From Clostridiales bacterium (lineage in GTDB: Bacteria; Bacillota; Clostridia; TANB77; CAG-508), in NCBI GenBank assembly GCA_013333395.2, contig JABCOX020000072.1:1-29359 (forward strand): DNA of 29,359 nt. The letters are read 5' to 3'. Within the stretch, counting starts at the first letter, position 1. Each line of letters begins with the position of its first letter. A program made the position numbers and the translations under genes. Below, piece by piece: positions 16,601 to 28,200 of the stretch. The notes beneath the pieces are model-generated. The model worked only from the letters and a program-made list of their open reading frames with translations. It searched no databases and was not told the origin of the DNA.

Positions 16601-18043
16601 GAAATCACAGAGTCACACAACGAATTCAAAATTCCTGATAGAGATAATTACAAAAAAGTAGTATTACCAAAAACAAGTGATGAATTCTCAGAATATAAAG
16701 GACATAACTCAAACAAAAAAGACTTGAGCGACAAACGTTATTACTATAAAGGACAAGAAGATGATGATGATTTTGAAAAAGTAGTAGTAGAAGGAGAATT
16801 CGATTTAGCACTAAGAAAATTCATTACACAAGTAAATGAAGAAGCAGTAACAAACAGAATTCCACAAGTAGATACATCAAAATTCGGAACCATTGGAGCA
16901 GATGGTAAACCAGTAACTACAATGACATATAACCACACAAAAGAACCAATATTAGTTAATACAACTGATATCGTAACATATACAATTAGAGTATATAACG
17001 AAGGTGAAGTAAATGGATATGCAACAGAAGTTAAGGATGACCTTCCAGAAGGATTAGAATTCTTACCAGACAATGCAACAAATAAAGAATACAGATGGCA
17101 ACTATTAGACAAAGATGGAAAAGTTACAACAAATGTAAAAGAAGCAGTATCAATAATCACAGATTATTTATCAAAAGAACAAGAAAAAACATCAGGATCA
17201 AATCTATTAAAAGCATATGACAAAACAACAATGAAAACACCTGATTACAAAGATGTAAAAATAGCATTTAGAGTAACAGAACCACAAACATCTGATAGAA
17301 TATTAATAAATAAAGCTCAAATCAGCAAACATCATGATGAATTTGGAAAAGAAGTAAAAGATAGAGATTCAACACCAAACAAATGGAATGAAGGTGAAGA
17401 TGATCAAGATATTGAAAAAGTACGTGTAAGATACTTTGACTTATCATTAAGAAAATGGGTTACACAAGTAATCGTAATCGAAGATGGAAAACAAAAAGTA
17501 AAAGACACAGGTCATTATGCAGAACAAGATCCAGAACCAGTAGTAAAAGTTGAAGTTAATAAGAAGAGATTAAAAAATACAGTAGTAAAATTCAGATATT
17601 CAATCAGAGTTAAAAACGAAGGTGAAATCGAAGGATATGCAAAAGAAATTTCAGACTACATACCAAGTGGTTTAAAATTCAATAAAGCAGATAACCCAGA
17701 CTGGGTAGAAAAAGATGGTAAAATAGTAACAACTAAACTAAAAGACACACTATTAAAACCAGGAGAAACTGCTGAAGTAACAGTATTATTAACATGGATC
17801 AATGGTGAAGAAAACATGAAAGTAATGACAAACAATGCAGAAATCAGCGAAGATTACAATAAGTATAAAACACCTGATAGAGATTCAAAGCCAAACAACA
17901 AGAAAAAAGGTGAAGATGATCAAGATGATGCACCAGTAACAGTCACAACAGTAAGTGGTTCAACACCAGTATATATTGGAATTGCTGTAACAGGAATTGC
18001 AATAATAGCAATCGGCGGAATATTAGTAAAAAGATATATTTAA
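13631..18043 (+). CDS. Surface adhesin: signal peptide, Cys-Gln thioester domain, five DUF11-like Ig repeats, C-terminal membrane anchor
   Basis: MKKLK plus hydrophobic signal. IYCL and AQQMAIWYY resemble the TED YC...QxAIW motifs. Repeats FDL(A/S)LRK...TYTIRVYNEG...DYLP.GL...N.AEI. C-terminal hydrophobic helix followed by KR. Confidence 0.85.
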   Translation: MKKLKVFIILAGILLAGILMMSSKIYAVDSSANPMYLGLYNNSNARKTGFYDYLDASKARRPAIKIVKYENAQGLGNVDYLTQIYCLRHGIGFGSEGSTAAIVPYTQHFDMKQPETIGNEYKEAIGITAGVTPNYNKIMWILNMVANPNNQESIIALFEAAGINIDDFKGDKAQMTQEEMIDIIEAAQQMAIWYYTNPTGDYHPSGTNESLRVGLTNQNNSKSPVVSKYYNDEINYPLNELYRYLITKSEEAVNRGYTYQTAATTINFNKDNATYVEEGANYKFGPYNLTYTNNPGINVNIEADVQLGNNIRIVNAQGVEYPGNTVSEKILNANGTDFYAVVPKSTNVKTFKIAVSANYQTTDITYWSTSANIAQRNQPVVIVQKAPKAFNDEKIIQVREIPKEFDLALRKFITGIRSATGVAKQVESREPVITQQALEDLATGRTEFKTTAVKTHRKDALTVETGDIVTYTIRVYNEGDVDGYVDQITDYLPAGLELTENSRINQANRWAKDGKVLRSELHTKDLLKAFDKNTKTLSYVDYQVECTVLDTTNLTTRDLTNVAEITAQRPVDNQQIRDRDSVPNNLTRDQITNYNPGTSEKGKGYEDDDDYEPLKTSNKEFDLALRKFITGIRTSTGVAKQIGSREPVITKQALEDLATGRTEFKTTAVKTHTKNPLQVEKGDIVTYTIRVYNEGEVDGYVREIADYLPAGLELTENSRINQANGWNKDGKTLKSQFHAKNIIKAFDKNTKTLSYVDFQAECTVLDTTNLTTRDLTNVSEITSQDPKEGVNVRDRDSIPSNLRKEQISNYNPGTSERGKGYEDDDDYEPLKPVEKEFDLALRKFITSVNGTEVTSRIPDVDVTPLVNKTDTTAIYRHSKEPVKIKISDIVTYTIRVYNEGDIDGYADEIVDHLPEYLEYIDNDFNKQYGWQLDPSDNTGRTIKTNYLSDRTNKANIIKKFDGKTLDYKELKIQTRIKSGVKPTKYLTDIAEITESHNEFKIPDRDNYKKVVLPKTSDEFSEYKGHNSNKKDLSDKRYYYKGQEDDDDFEKVVVEGEFDLALRKFITQVNEEAVTNRIPQVDTSKFGTIGADGKPVTTMTYNHTKEPILVNTTDIVTYTIRVYNEGEVNGYATEVKDDLPEGLEFLPDNATNKEYRWQLLDKDGKVTTNVKEAVSIITDYLSKEQEKTSGSNLLKAYDKTTMKTPDYKDVKIAFRVTEPQTSDRILINKAQISKHHDEFGKEVKDRDSTPNKWNEGEDDQDIEKVRVRYFDLSLRKWVTQVIVIEDGKQKVKDTGHYAEQDPEPVVKVEVNKKRLKNTVVKFRYSIRVKNEGEIEGYAKEISDYIPSGLKFNKADNPDWVEKDGKIVTTKLKDTLLKPGETAEVTVLLTWINGEENMKVMTNNAEISEDYNKYKTPDRDSKPNNKKKGEDDQDDAPVTVTTVSGSTPVYIGIAVTGIAIIAIGGILVKRYI
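14843..17940 (+). repeat. Five tandem ~212-220 aa domain repeats
   Basis: FDL starts at 14843, 15491, 16139, 16799 and 17435 (spacings 648, 648, 660, 636 nt). Copies 1 and 2 share long identical DNA stretches. Confidence 0.9.
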
Positions 18044-18048
18044 TAAAG

Positions 18049-18083
18049 AAAATAATGGATGATTAAACATCCATTATTTTTTT
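18049..18083 (+). terminator. Intrinsic terminator
   Basis: AAAATAATGGATG / CATCCATTATTTT followed by a T run. Confidence 0.85.
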
Positions 18084-18091
18084 GCCTAAAA

Positions 18092-18120
18092 TTGTATAAT
18101 TAAGATATTATTGATATAAT
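18092..18120 (+). promoter_or_regulatory. Sigma-A promoter
   Basis: TTGTAT-17-TATAAT with TGn extension. Confidence 0.7.
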
Positions 18121-18153
18121 ATCTACAATAATTTAATGAAGAAAGGACTACAA

Positions 18154-18948
18154 ATGAAGAAAAAGATAACGATAATCGTATCAGTAATAATATTAATAGG
18201 AATACTAGTAACACTAATATTAGCAATGAAAAAGTCAGATAGTGACATATTAAAATCAGAAAAATCCTACTTGGAAATGCTAGTAAGAAATCAAAAATTA
18301 GACAAAGTAGACAAAATACTAAAGAGAACTAAAACAAAAGAACCTAGATATCAAGCAATTGAAAAGGCATATAAAAATTACTATTTAGATTATATTAATA
18401 ATATAAAAGACATACAAACAGAGATTTCAAAAGCAACTACAAAATATTTTATAAATTTCACTGCAATTTCAAAAGGAAAAGAAGCACAAGAAGGTTTAAG
18501 AGTAATAATAGATAGAGAAATAGACATAGTAAACAAAATTACTGATATATATAAGAAACTAAATGAAAAAGAAGAAATGCTAAAATATGCAAAAGAGCAA
18601 AAATTAAGCGAAGAAGATGAAAAGCTATACTATCAAATGGTAGGTGGAGACAACGAAATCAAAGAAGATGATGTTGTTGTAAAAAAACTGGGATCAACAA
18701 AAGAAAATTTTAAAATGCAAGAAAAATTAATAAAATATTTAATAGAAGAAAACGGAAATTATACTATAAATCAAGTAAATAAAACAATTGAGTTCAAAGA
18801 TGAAGAGAAAAAAGCAACTTATCAAAATTTAATAACAGCAATTAACTACAATATAAATGAGATAATGTTGAATAATAAAGCAATATCAAGCATTTTGGAC
18901 AATTTGAAAAAAACTCAAAACTTAATAACAGAAAATTCAAAAAAATAA
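18154..18948 (+). CDS. Hypothetical N-terminally membrane-anchored/exported helical protein
   Basis: AAAGGA RBS before ATG 18154. MKKK followed by a long hydrophobic segment, then a Lys/Glu-rich body; no family recognised. Confidence 0.75.
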   Translation: MKKKITIIVSVIILIGILVTLILAMKKSDSDILKSEKSYLEMLVRNQKLDKVDKILKRTKTKEPRYQAIEKAYKNYYLDYINNIKDIQTEISKATTKYFINFTAISKGKEAQEGLRVIIDREIDIVNKITDIYKKLNEKEEMLKYAKEQKLSEEDEKLYYQMVGGDNEIKEDDVVVKKLGSTKENFKMQEKLIKYLIEENGNYTINQVNKTIEFKDEEKKATYQNLITAINYNINEIMLNNKAISSILDNLKKTQNLITENSKK

Positions 18949-18967
18949 AATTAATAAAAAAAACAAC

Positions 18968-19004
18968 AAAAATCAGGCAAAAAATAACAATTTGCCTGAT
19001 TTTT
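18968..19004 (+). terminator. Intrinsic terminator
   Basis: AAAAATCAGGCAAA / TTTGCCTGATTTTT. Confidence 0.75.
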
Positions 19005-19280
19005 CAACTTAATTTTTTTCACGCCAACAAAGGGATTCAAAGAAAAATGAAAAAAATATATCAAAAAAGTAATGAAATAAGCAGCTAAAAAAGTAAATAA
19101 AAAATCATCCGAAAAATAAAAAATAAAAATGTAACAAACAAATAAATAAACTGTAATAAAAAAACACATATCACTCTCCATATATAGGAAAATTAGACTT
19201 GTAAAAAATACCAATATTGCAAAACAGGCGGAAATATTAGAAGATGAGGAAAGAAGAAAAAATAAACAGGAGAGAGAAAG

Positions 19281-22200
19281 ATGTTGAAAATAAGCAGTAA
19301 AATGAAGAAAATACTTACAGCAATAATAAGCTTAATCGCATTAGTTGGAATTGGAATAGCAACAAACATGGTTGTTACAAACAATAATATACAATTAAAT
19401 AGCAAAGCGCATAAAGCACCTTCAATTGAAGAAAGAAGAGCAATCAATGGCACAGTAAATGTAACGTTTGATGCATACTTCTTAAACAATTCAGAGAGAA
19501 CAAATGAAGTTCTATTAGGGCCAATTGTAGGACCAATTGTAAGGACAATTCCGACAAAAGACATTTATATGGAATTAAGTGTAGTAGGAGATGGTTACCT
19601 AAAAGATGGAAAAATCCTACTTCAACCAACAAATGGAAAGATTTCAACAACATTAGTTACTGACAATGTAATTAATGGAACATATGTAGGAACACCTGGT
19701 GAAATAAAATTAAAAAATGTTCAAAGTGGTACAACAAGAATAATCAAAGGAGTTGTGAATCCTTTAATATTAGGAAAAGATTATTTTTTACGAAATGATA
19801 ATAAAATAATATTTAAAGGAACATATGTATCTGCAGATGGACAAGAAACTCCTCTTGAAAAAGAAGTTCGATATACTGTAGAAAGTATGTACGAATATGT
19901 TAAAGCATATTCATACAATGATTATAGAAGTGATAGAGAAATACCAAAAGAATATTATTCAAAAGACACTAAACCATATGCCTATTTTAGAATATTCAAT
20001 CGTGGAGAACAAATAAATGAGTCATATGGCCGTACATATAACAATTATGTGGCAATAACAGCAAATACTTTAAAAGATTTGGAATATAGAGCAATAGTTC
20101 CTGAGTTTAATGGGTATAAAGCAGAATCAGTGGAAGTTACAGTAAACTATAAATTGAACAATGAAAAAGTAACAACAACATATAATAAAGATACACGTGA
20201 ATTATTGATAAAGTATAAAGAAATTGGTAATAACCAAAATACTATAATACATGTGACTTATCCAAAAGAATCAGGAGATTCTAAAGCTAGTGAGGAAGTA
20301 GAATTAATAGGAACTTTAAGGTTGTCATCAGACAATAATCCTAGATACACAAATCCACTAGAAGACACTGTGACATCAATAGACAAAAGAAAAATTGAAT
20401 ATTATGAAAGGCAAGAATTAAGATATTCTCCAAATTATATAGATATATTAAAAACGCCAACAGCAGATAATCCTTTGGATAGATATGACGGTAACACAAC
20501 ATTAGCCAAAACAGAAGAATATTCAGTTGCATGGAGCCCATATAGTGAAAAAATAACAACATACGAAATTGAATTAACTGAATATAAGAGAAATTACGGC
20601 GATACTTTAGGTGCTCCAGAAATCAAAATAAAAGATGTTGTTGTAGACAAAGGAATAAAATTTACAATAAATCCTAATAGTTTAACAGAAAACTCAACAA
20701 TTAAAATATATGATGATGAAACGAATGAATTAATTAGAGAATATAATAGAACAGAAATTTTAGAAAATAATAGCAAAGACTATAAATATAATCGTCCTAT
20801 AAAGCATGTTAAAATAGTATTAAATAATATAAAAATACACAATAGAAGTGATAATTACTTCATACATTATAAAGAAATTAACGATGAAGAATTAATAAAA
20901 TTAATAAATAAAGAAGCATTTGAAAAACTTGGGTATATAAAATCAGGATTGACTCAAAAAATAGGAACAACAAATGTATATGCAGAAGATAGCAATCCAT
21001 ATAGAAAAACAAGTGAGCCAACAGTAAATATAGGGATGTATTACCATAATAAGATTAATGAACAAATTGCGTATAATGGAATCAAACAAGAAAAAGATAA
21101 TGATTTTATATATAATATGGTAATGTATTTTACAAAAGGTACAAAAGGGATTAGATTGGTAGATGATAGTGGATTCTTTTTGTTAAAAAGTGATAGAAAT
21201 TTTGAAAATGGAATCAACGCTTCTGAATATATGAAGTACAAAGGAATTTATTTCGATTCAAGACAAAATTTAATAGATAACTTTAATTTAAAAATATATG
21301 ATAATGATACAAACGAGTTATTAGCAACCTTTACTAAAGCGGACATTGGAAAATACAATAAAGAAGAAACAGCATTTATTTACCCAGAAAAAGTAAAACA
21401 TATAAGAATAGATTCTAATGATAATATTTCAATGTCACACATAATTAATATTGATAATAATAAATTAGTACAAAATGTAGATTTGAATACATATATTGAT
21501 GAAATTAAGTACTTCGGAATAAAGTCAAAATTTGCAAGAATTGTTGAAGAAGGACAAGAATATACTAAGTTTAAAGATATATCAACAACAATAGATGCAT
21601 ATATACAAAAATCAAGAATTGAAGCACATGTTGATAAACCAGTAAATACTTATCAAAAACAAAAAGATATAACAAATACGATTTATTTAAGAAATGTGGC
21701 AAAAAATAATAAAGAATCTTATGAACTAACATTCAATGGGTGGAAAGATTCAATAATACTAATTGAATATCCAGAAGAAATTAAAAAAGTTGAAATTAAT
21801 AAAATAACAGCAAGTGATGAAAATATTAAAATATTAGGATATGATAAATTTGAATTTGAGGGAAAACAATATTTAAAAATTTATATAAAATCAAATGTTG
21901 AGTACCAAGGGAAAAGTATAAATATTAATGAAAATTTAACAGCAGATCCCTTAGCAAAGTCAAAAGATGCACCAGCCAAAATATATTACTATAATGCTTA
22001 TCCAGTAGAGCGTTCACAATATGAAACAGAAACAGCAGATAAATTTGATATAAATAACAATGGAAGAACAGATGACATCATTGGATTAGCAAGTTTTCAA
22101 ATAGGTATAGTTAGTCCAGATACATTAGTAGTAACACAAGAGATAACTGGTTATAATACTAAGAATGAAACAACATATGCTCCAGGAACTGGTATAATTG

Positions 22201-25200
22201 AAAGCAATGGTTCAGGGACAGCAACAGTAAAAATACAGTTAGCAAATTATTGGACACCAACAGTATCAAATGTTAAGTTAATAGGAAAAATACCATTTAG
22301 AAATAATATAACACCATTAAGTAAACAAACATTAAAATCAACTTTCTCAACAACAATGACTGAGGATGGAATTCAACTACCAGAAGAGTTAAAAAGATTT
22401 GCAAAAGTATACTATTCAGAATTAGAAGATCCTGCAATGAATGAGGCAAGTGCTTGGAAAGAAAAGGCACAAGTAACAAATTGGAATAATATCAAATCAT
22501 TCTACATTGACTTAGGTGGTAAAATACTAAGCCCAACAGAAAAACAAACAATAACATATAATGTAAATGTTCCATTAAACACACCAGTAAATGAAAAAAC
22601 ATATTCAACAGTAGCAGCAAGTTTTGATTTGAACACAGAAAGAGATGGTAATTTATCTTCAACAGCTGAATCAAACAAGGTCGGTATTCAATTATTAAAA
22701 CGATATAATCTAAATATATCATCTTTAGTTAAAGGAAGAATAAATCCTATTGCAGATTCAGTTTACAGTGTTGAAAATAATGAAGATGATGAAGATTTAG
22801 CAATATCAAAAACGGTAGTAATAGATCAATCAGGAAATGCAATTGTAAAAGATTTAAGAGTAAATGAAGAATATACTTTAACAGAAAAATCAATCGATTC
22901 AAATTATGAAGAAAGAAATATAAAAATTAAGTTCAAATTAGTTGAACAAAATGGAAGACTAGAGTTACAAGTAACTGAAGGAAATGAATATGTAAAAGAA
23001 AAATCAGAAGTTCAACCAACAGAAAGAACAAATGCAACAGCAAATATTAAGTTTGAATATTTGAAAAAATATAAAATAACTATAAATAAGAAATCAGAAA
23101 AAACAAAAGAAAATTTAAAATACGTAGTTTATAAATTATCAGGAAATGATGACAGTGCAACTCAACTAGGAAGTACTGATGAAAATGGAAATTTAACATT
23201 TAGTAGTTTGAAGACAAATGTTATATACACATTAACTGAAACATTTGCACCAAAACATTATATTAATGCTCCTATAACATTTAGAGCAACAGAGACTAAT
23301 GGCGTTCCAAATATTGAATTATTATCTGGACATTCAGAAAGTCTAACAATAAGCGAAACTAATGAAAAACAAAATCAAGCAAATATTAGTATATTTGACG
23401 AAATGGTAAAAACATATACATTAAAAGTTGTAAAATATGAAAAAGGAAATTTAAATAAGAAATTAAAAAATGCACAATTTTTAATAAAAGGTGACGGGAT
23501 ACCAAATGGTAAAGTTATCGAAACAGATGAAAATGGAGAAGCAACACTTACAGATTTATATGAATATAAAGAAGGCCAATCATACAAAGGTAAATATACT
23601 ATTGAAGAAATAGTTGCACCAGAAGGATATAAAGGTAAATACAAAGTAGATGTATTAGTAAAAAGAGATGAAGCTCAAATAGCAAGAGTACATGCAACAA
23701 CAACAGAGTTAGATATTAAAAATGCAGAAAGTGATCACCCAACAGTGTATTTCTTCGTACCAAATGAACCATTATTTAAAATAATTAAAAAGGATGCTAA
23801 AACACAAGAACTATTACCAAATACTAAATTTGCAATAGTTAAAGTAGATGAATCAGGAAGAGAGTCTGAAGCATTAGATATAAATGATAATCCAGTAGGA
23901 ACTCAAGAAGAGATTAATGGTAAAACATACCGCACAATATTAACAGATGAAAAAGGAGAATATACAGCAGGATTAAAAGCAGGTAGATATAAATTTATAG
24001 AACTACAGGCTTCAAATGATAAATATGATTTACCAGAAAAAGAAGAAGATAGAACATATACAGTAAACGTTGGAGAAGCAACTAAGGCTAAATATGTATT
24101 GAAAGAAAATACAAATATAAGTAGAGCCATCGATAATAGAGATTTTTATGAAAGTACTGGAGTAAAAGTAACATATGTCAATGGGCAAAGTGTTACATAC
24201 AAAATAACTGATGAAAATGGTAAAAAGTATTTAAATGTTTATGACAAAGAATTTAATGTAACTAAAAAAATAGAACTAAAAAATATGAGAGAAATTAATC
24301 AAAGTACTGAAGTAAATATCGGAAAAGATGGCTCAATATATGTATATTCTGAAAAAATAGGAACAACAAAATTTGATTCGGAAGGTAACTTCTTATATAG
24401 AAGTAACGATGGATATTTTGGAGGAATTTACAATAATGGTATAAGGGGACCTTCAAATCAATTCGGAAGTTTTTTAATAGATAATGATAATAAAATTTTA
24501 GCAGGTAGTGATTTGAGTGAAATAACGGTATATAGTAATAAAACTAGTGAAGGATTACTACATCATTATAATTATACCTTTAACGGAGAAAAGAGAATAG
24601 GAAAACCAAGCTTTTTAGATGGATTCTTAGAATTAGTTTATGGTACAAATAATGGAGTTGTTAATATTTATAATAATGATTTATCAATTAAAAATACTTT
24701 TAATGTTGCTATAAGAAGTAATGGAAATATTAGGACATTATCAAACATAGCAAAATTATATGAAGACACTGAAGGAAATATATATGTAGAAAATACAGAT
24801 GAAAATAAAATTGATGTATATAATCGTGAAGGAACTCTATTAAAGCAAATCAACAAGTTAGGAAATGAATTTACAGTATTACCAGATGGAAAAATATATT
24901 TTATTGATTTTAAACATGAAGAAAAAAAGCAAATTAATGTTAAATTAATATTAACAGAAAATAATGGTAAAAAAATTTATGAAAAAGATTTAGAAAACAT
25001 TAAATATGATTATAGAGAGAACTATTTAGGAATAAACATTAATGCAGATGGAACAATAGATTATACAAAAAGTACAAACAACAATATATATGATGAACGA
25101 ATAACTAATAGACTAGACTTAGAAATCGAAACTCCAGCCCAACCTCCAAAATCAGAAATTGTAGTAGAAAATAAATTAAAGAAATTTAAAATAACAACAT

Positions 25201-28200
25201 CAAGCGTTGGTGGTGGAACAATTTCGGGTGTAGGTGAAAATCCATATGAGGAAGTAGAAATATATTCAGATTCAAAGAAAGATATTGTAGTTCAAGCATA
25301 TAGAGGATTTATGATTTCTAAAATAACCATTAATGGAGAAGAATATCCTATTCCAGATCAAGTATTCAATCCAACTAGATCTGAAACAATAGTCCTAGAT
25401 AAATTTACTAATATGACAGAAGACAAACATATCAATGTAGAATTTACAACATTTGCTAAAGGACCAAGAAAGGTAGCAGTAAGAACCTACCATTATCTAA
25501 AAGGTACAACAACAGAAGTAGCACCAACAACTAGAAAGATATATTTACAAAATGAATCATATACAACTGAGCCAAAAATTTTAGAAAAATATGAATTAGA
25601 AAAGAATGAAGATGGTGAATATATAATACCTGATAATGCAACTGGAACTACAAGTGAACCACAAGCAAGTGGTAATTATAACGTAATCTATTACTACGTA
25701 AAGAAAAAAGCAAAAGTAATAACAAAATACATTCTAGAAAAATCAGATGGAAGCACAGAGGAAATAAAACCTAAAGATGAACAAACACTAGAAGTAGATT
25801 CAGAATATAGAACATCTGGAGAAATTAATAATCCAAAATATGAATTAATAAGAATTGATGGAAACGCAAGAGGAACAGTCGAAAGTACAGAAGACATTAA
25901 TGTTACATATGTATATAAATTAAAAGATGCTAAAGTAAATGTAAAATATTTAGATGTAACAGAATCTGAGACAGGAACACCATTATCAAGTAGAGATGGT
26001 ACAACAATTGAAGATAAAGTAATAAATGGACAAGTAGATGAGGCATATAGAACTCAAGAAGCAGAAAACGTTCAACCAAATTACAGTTTAGTTGAGACAC
26101 CAAGAAATGCATCAGGAACAATGACAATAGATCCTATAACAGTAGATTATAAATATAGAAAAGTAGCACCAACTATTAATGATATAAATGTAACAAAAGT
26201 AGGACCAAACAAAATTGTGTCAAAAAATCAATTAAACACATATAATATTACATTTAACGTAGACATATCAAATTATATTGGTTCAGGAAAAGTAAGATTA
26301 ACAGATAAATTACCATATGAAATTCATTATGAAGACACAGACGAATTAGCAAGAGGATTATTCCTAGACGGTGGAATTTATAATAATGAAACAAAAGAAA
26401 TAATATGGGATATTCCAATAACAGATATTAATACATATAAGCAAGCCGATGACAGAAATGAAGATAATGTAGTAATAACTCAAAACGGAAATAGTGCTCA
26501 CATAACAATAAACAAAACAATATCAATTAGATATAAAGATTTACCAAATTACAATCAAGGTGAAGAACCAAAGATTGAAAACAGTATATTTGGAAAAGTA
26601 ATACTAGATAGAAACAATGAACGCGAAGTAAATAGTAAATACAATTCACCAGCAAATTATAATACTGCAATAACTGTTAAAAAGAAATGGAATGATAACA
26701 GCAACTCAGCTGAAAAACGTCCAACATCAATAACTTTTGCATTGTACAAAACAATAAATGGACAAGAAACAAAAGTAAAAGATTATACATTAACAGGTAA
26801 TAAAACAACAAACGATGGCTGGGAAACAAAGATTGAACAATTACCAATCTATGATGGGGTAACTCAAAGTAGAGAAATAGGCCTTGAAAGAGCAGGTGAA
26901 TTAGGTAATAGAATAACATATAGAGTTGAAGAAACTACAAATAATAAATTCTATCAATCAGTAGGAACAACTCCTTCAGAAAATGAATTTTTATTAACAA
27001 ACACATTCACAGTACCAGATGAAAAAATCGAAGTACAAGTAAATAAAGTTTGGGATGACAATTCAAATGCAAATGCTAAGAGACCAACAAGCATTAAATA
27101 TGTATTAAATGGTGGAAAAACACCAGTAGAACAAGTTGTAACAGGAAATAGTACAACAAATGATGGTTGGGGATATAAATTCACTAACCTAGCAAAATAT
27201 GATGATTTAGGAAACGAAATCACATACACAGTATCAGAACAAGAAGCAACAACTGATGGATTAAAATTCTATACAAACAGAGTATCTGGAGAATATAAAG
27301 CAGGCATAACAATCACAAACACATTCACAGTACCAGATAACAAAGTAGAAGTAATAGCAACAAAACATTGGGAAGATGCAAACAATGCCAACGGAAAGAG
27401 ACCATTGAGTATTAAATATGTATTAAATGGCGGAAGAACACCGATAGAGCAAGTAGTAAGTGGAAATAGAACAACTGATGCAGATTGGAGATACACATTT
27501 ACAAATCTTCCAAAATATGATGCACAAGGAAACGAAATATCATATTCAGTAGACGAACAAGAAGTAAATTCAGGAGATTTAAAATTCTATACAAAATCAA
27601 AATTAAAAAATAGAATGATCAATACTTTTACAGTACCTGATGAAAAAATTAATGTCCCAGTAACAAAACATTGGGAAGATGGAAACAATGCAAATGGAAA
27701 AAGACCAACAAGTATCAAATATGTATTAACAGGAAACGGTTTAACAAAAGAGCAAGTGGTAACTGGAAATGCTACAAGTGATGCAGATTGGAACTACACA
27801 TTTACAAATCTTCCAAAATATGATGCGCAAGGAAACGAAATTTCTTACACAGTAGAAGAGCAAGAAGTAAACGCAAACGATTTAAAATTCTATGCAAAAT
27901 CAAAGACAAACTATGATTTAACAAATACATTCAAAGTTCCAAACGAAAAAATTAAAGTATCAGTAACAAAACATTGGGAAGATAATTCAAATGCAAATGG
28001 AAAGAGACCAGCAAGTGTTAAATATGTATTAACAGGAAACGGTTTAACAAAAGAGCAAATAGTAACAGGAAATAGAACAACTGACGATAATTGGTCATAC
28101 ACATTCACAGATTTACCAAAATACAATAGCCAAGGAAATGAAATTGTATATACAGTTGATGAACAAGAAGCAAACAAAGATGGATTGAAGTTCTATCAAA

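Noticed and set aside
125..17160. Minus-strand ORFs overlapping + strand genes (e.g. 125..544, 2443..2766, 4091..4363, 14818..15060, 16744..17160)
   Set aside because: Antisense shadows of A-rich coding sequence with Phe/Leu/Ser-rich low-complexity translations and no motifs.
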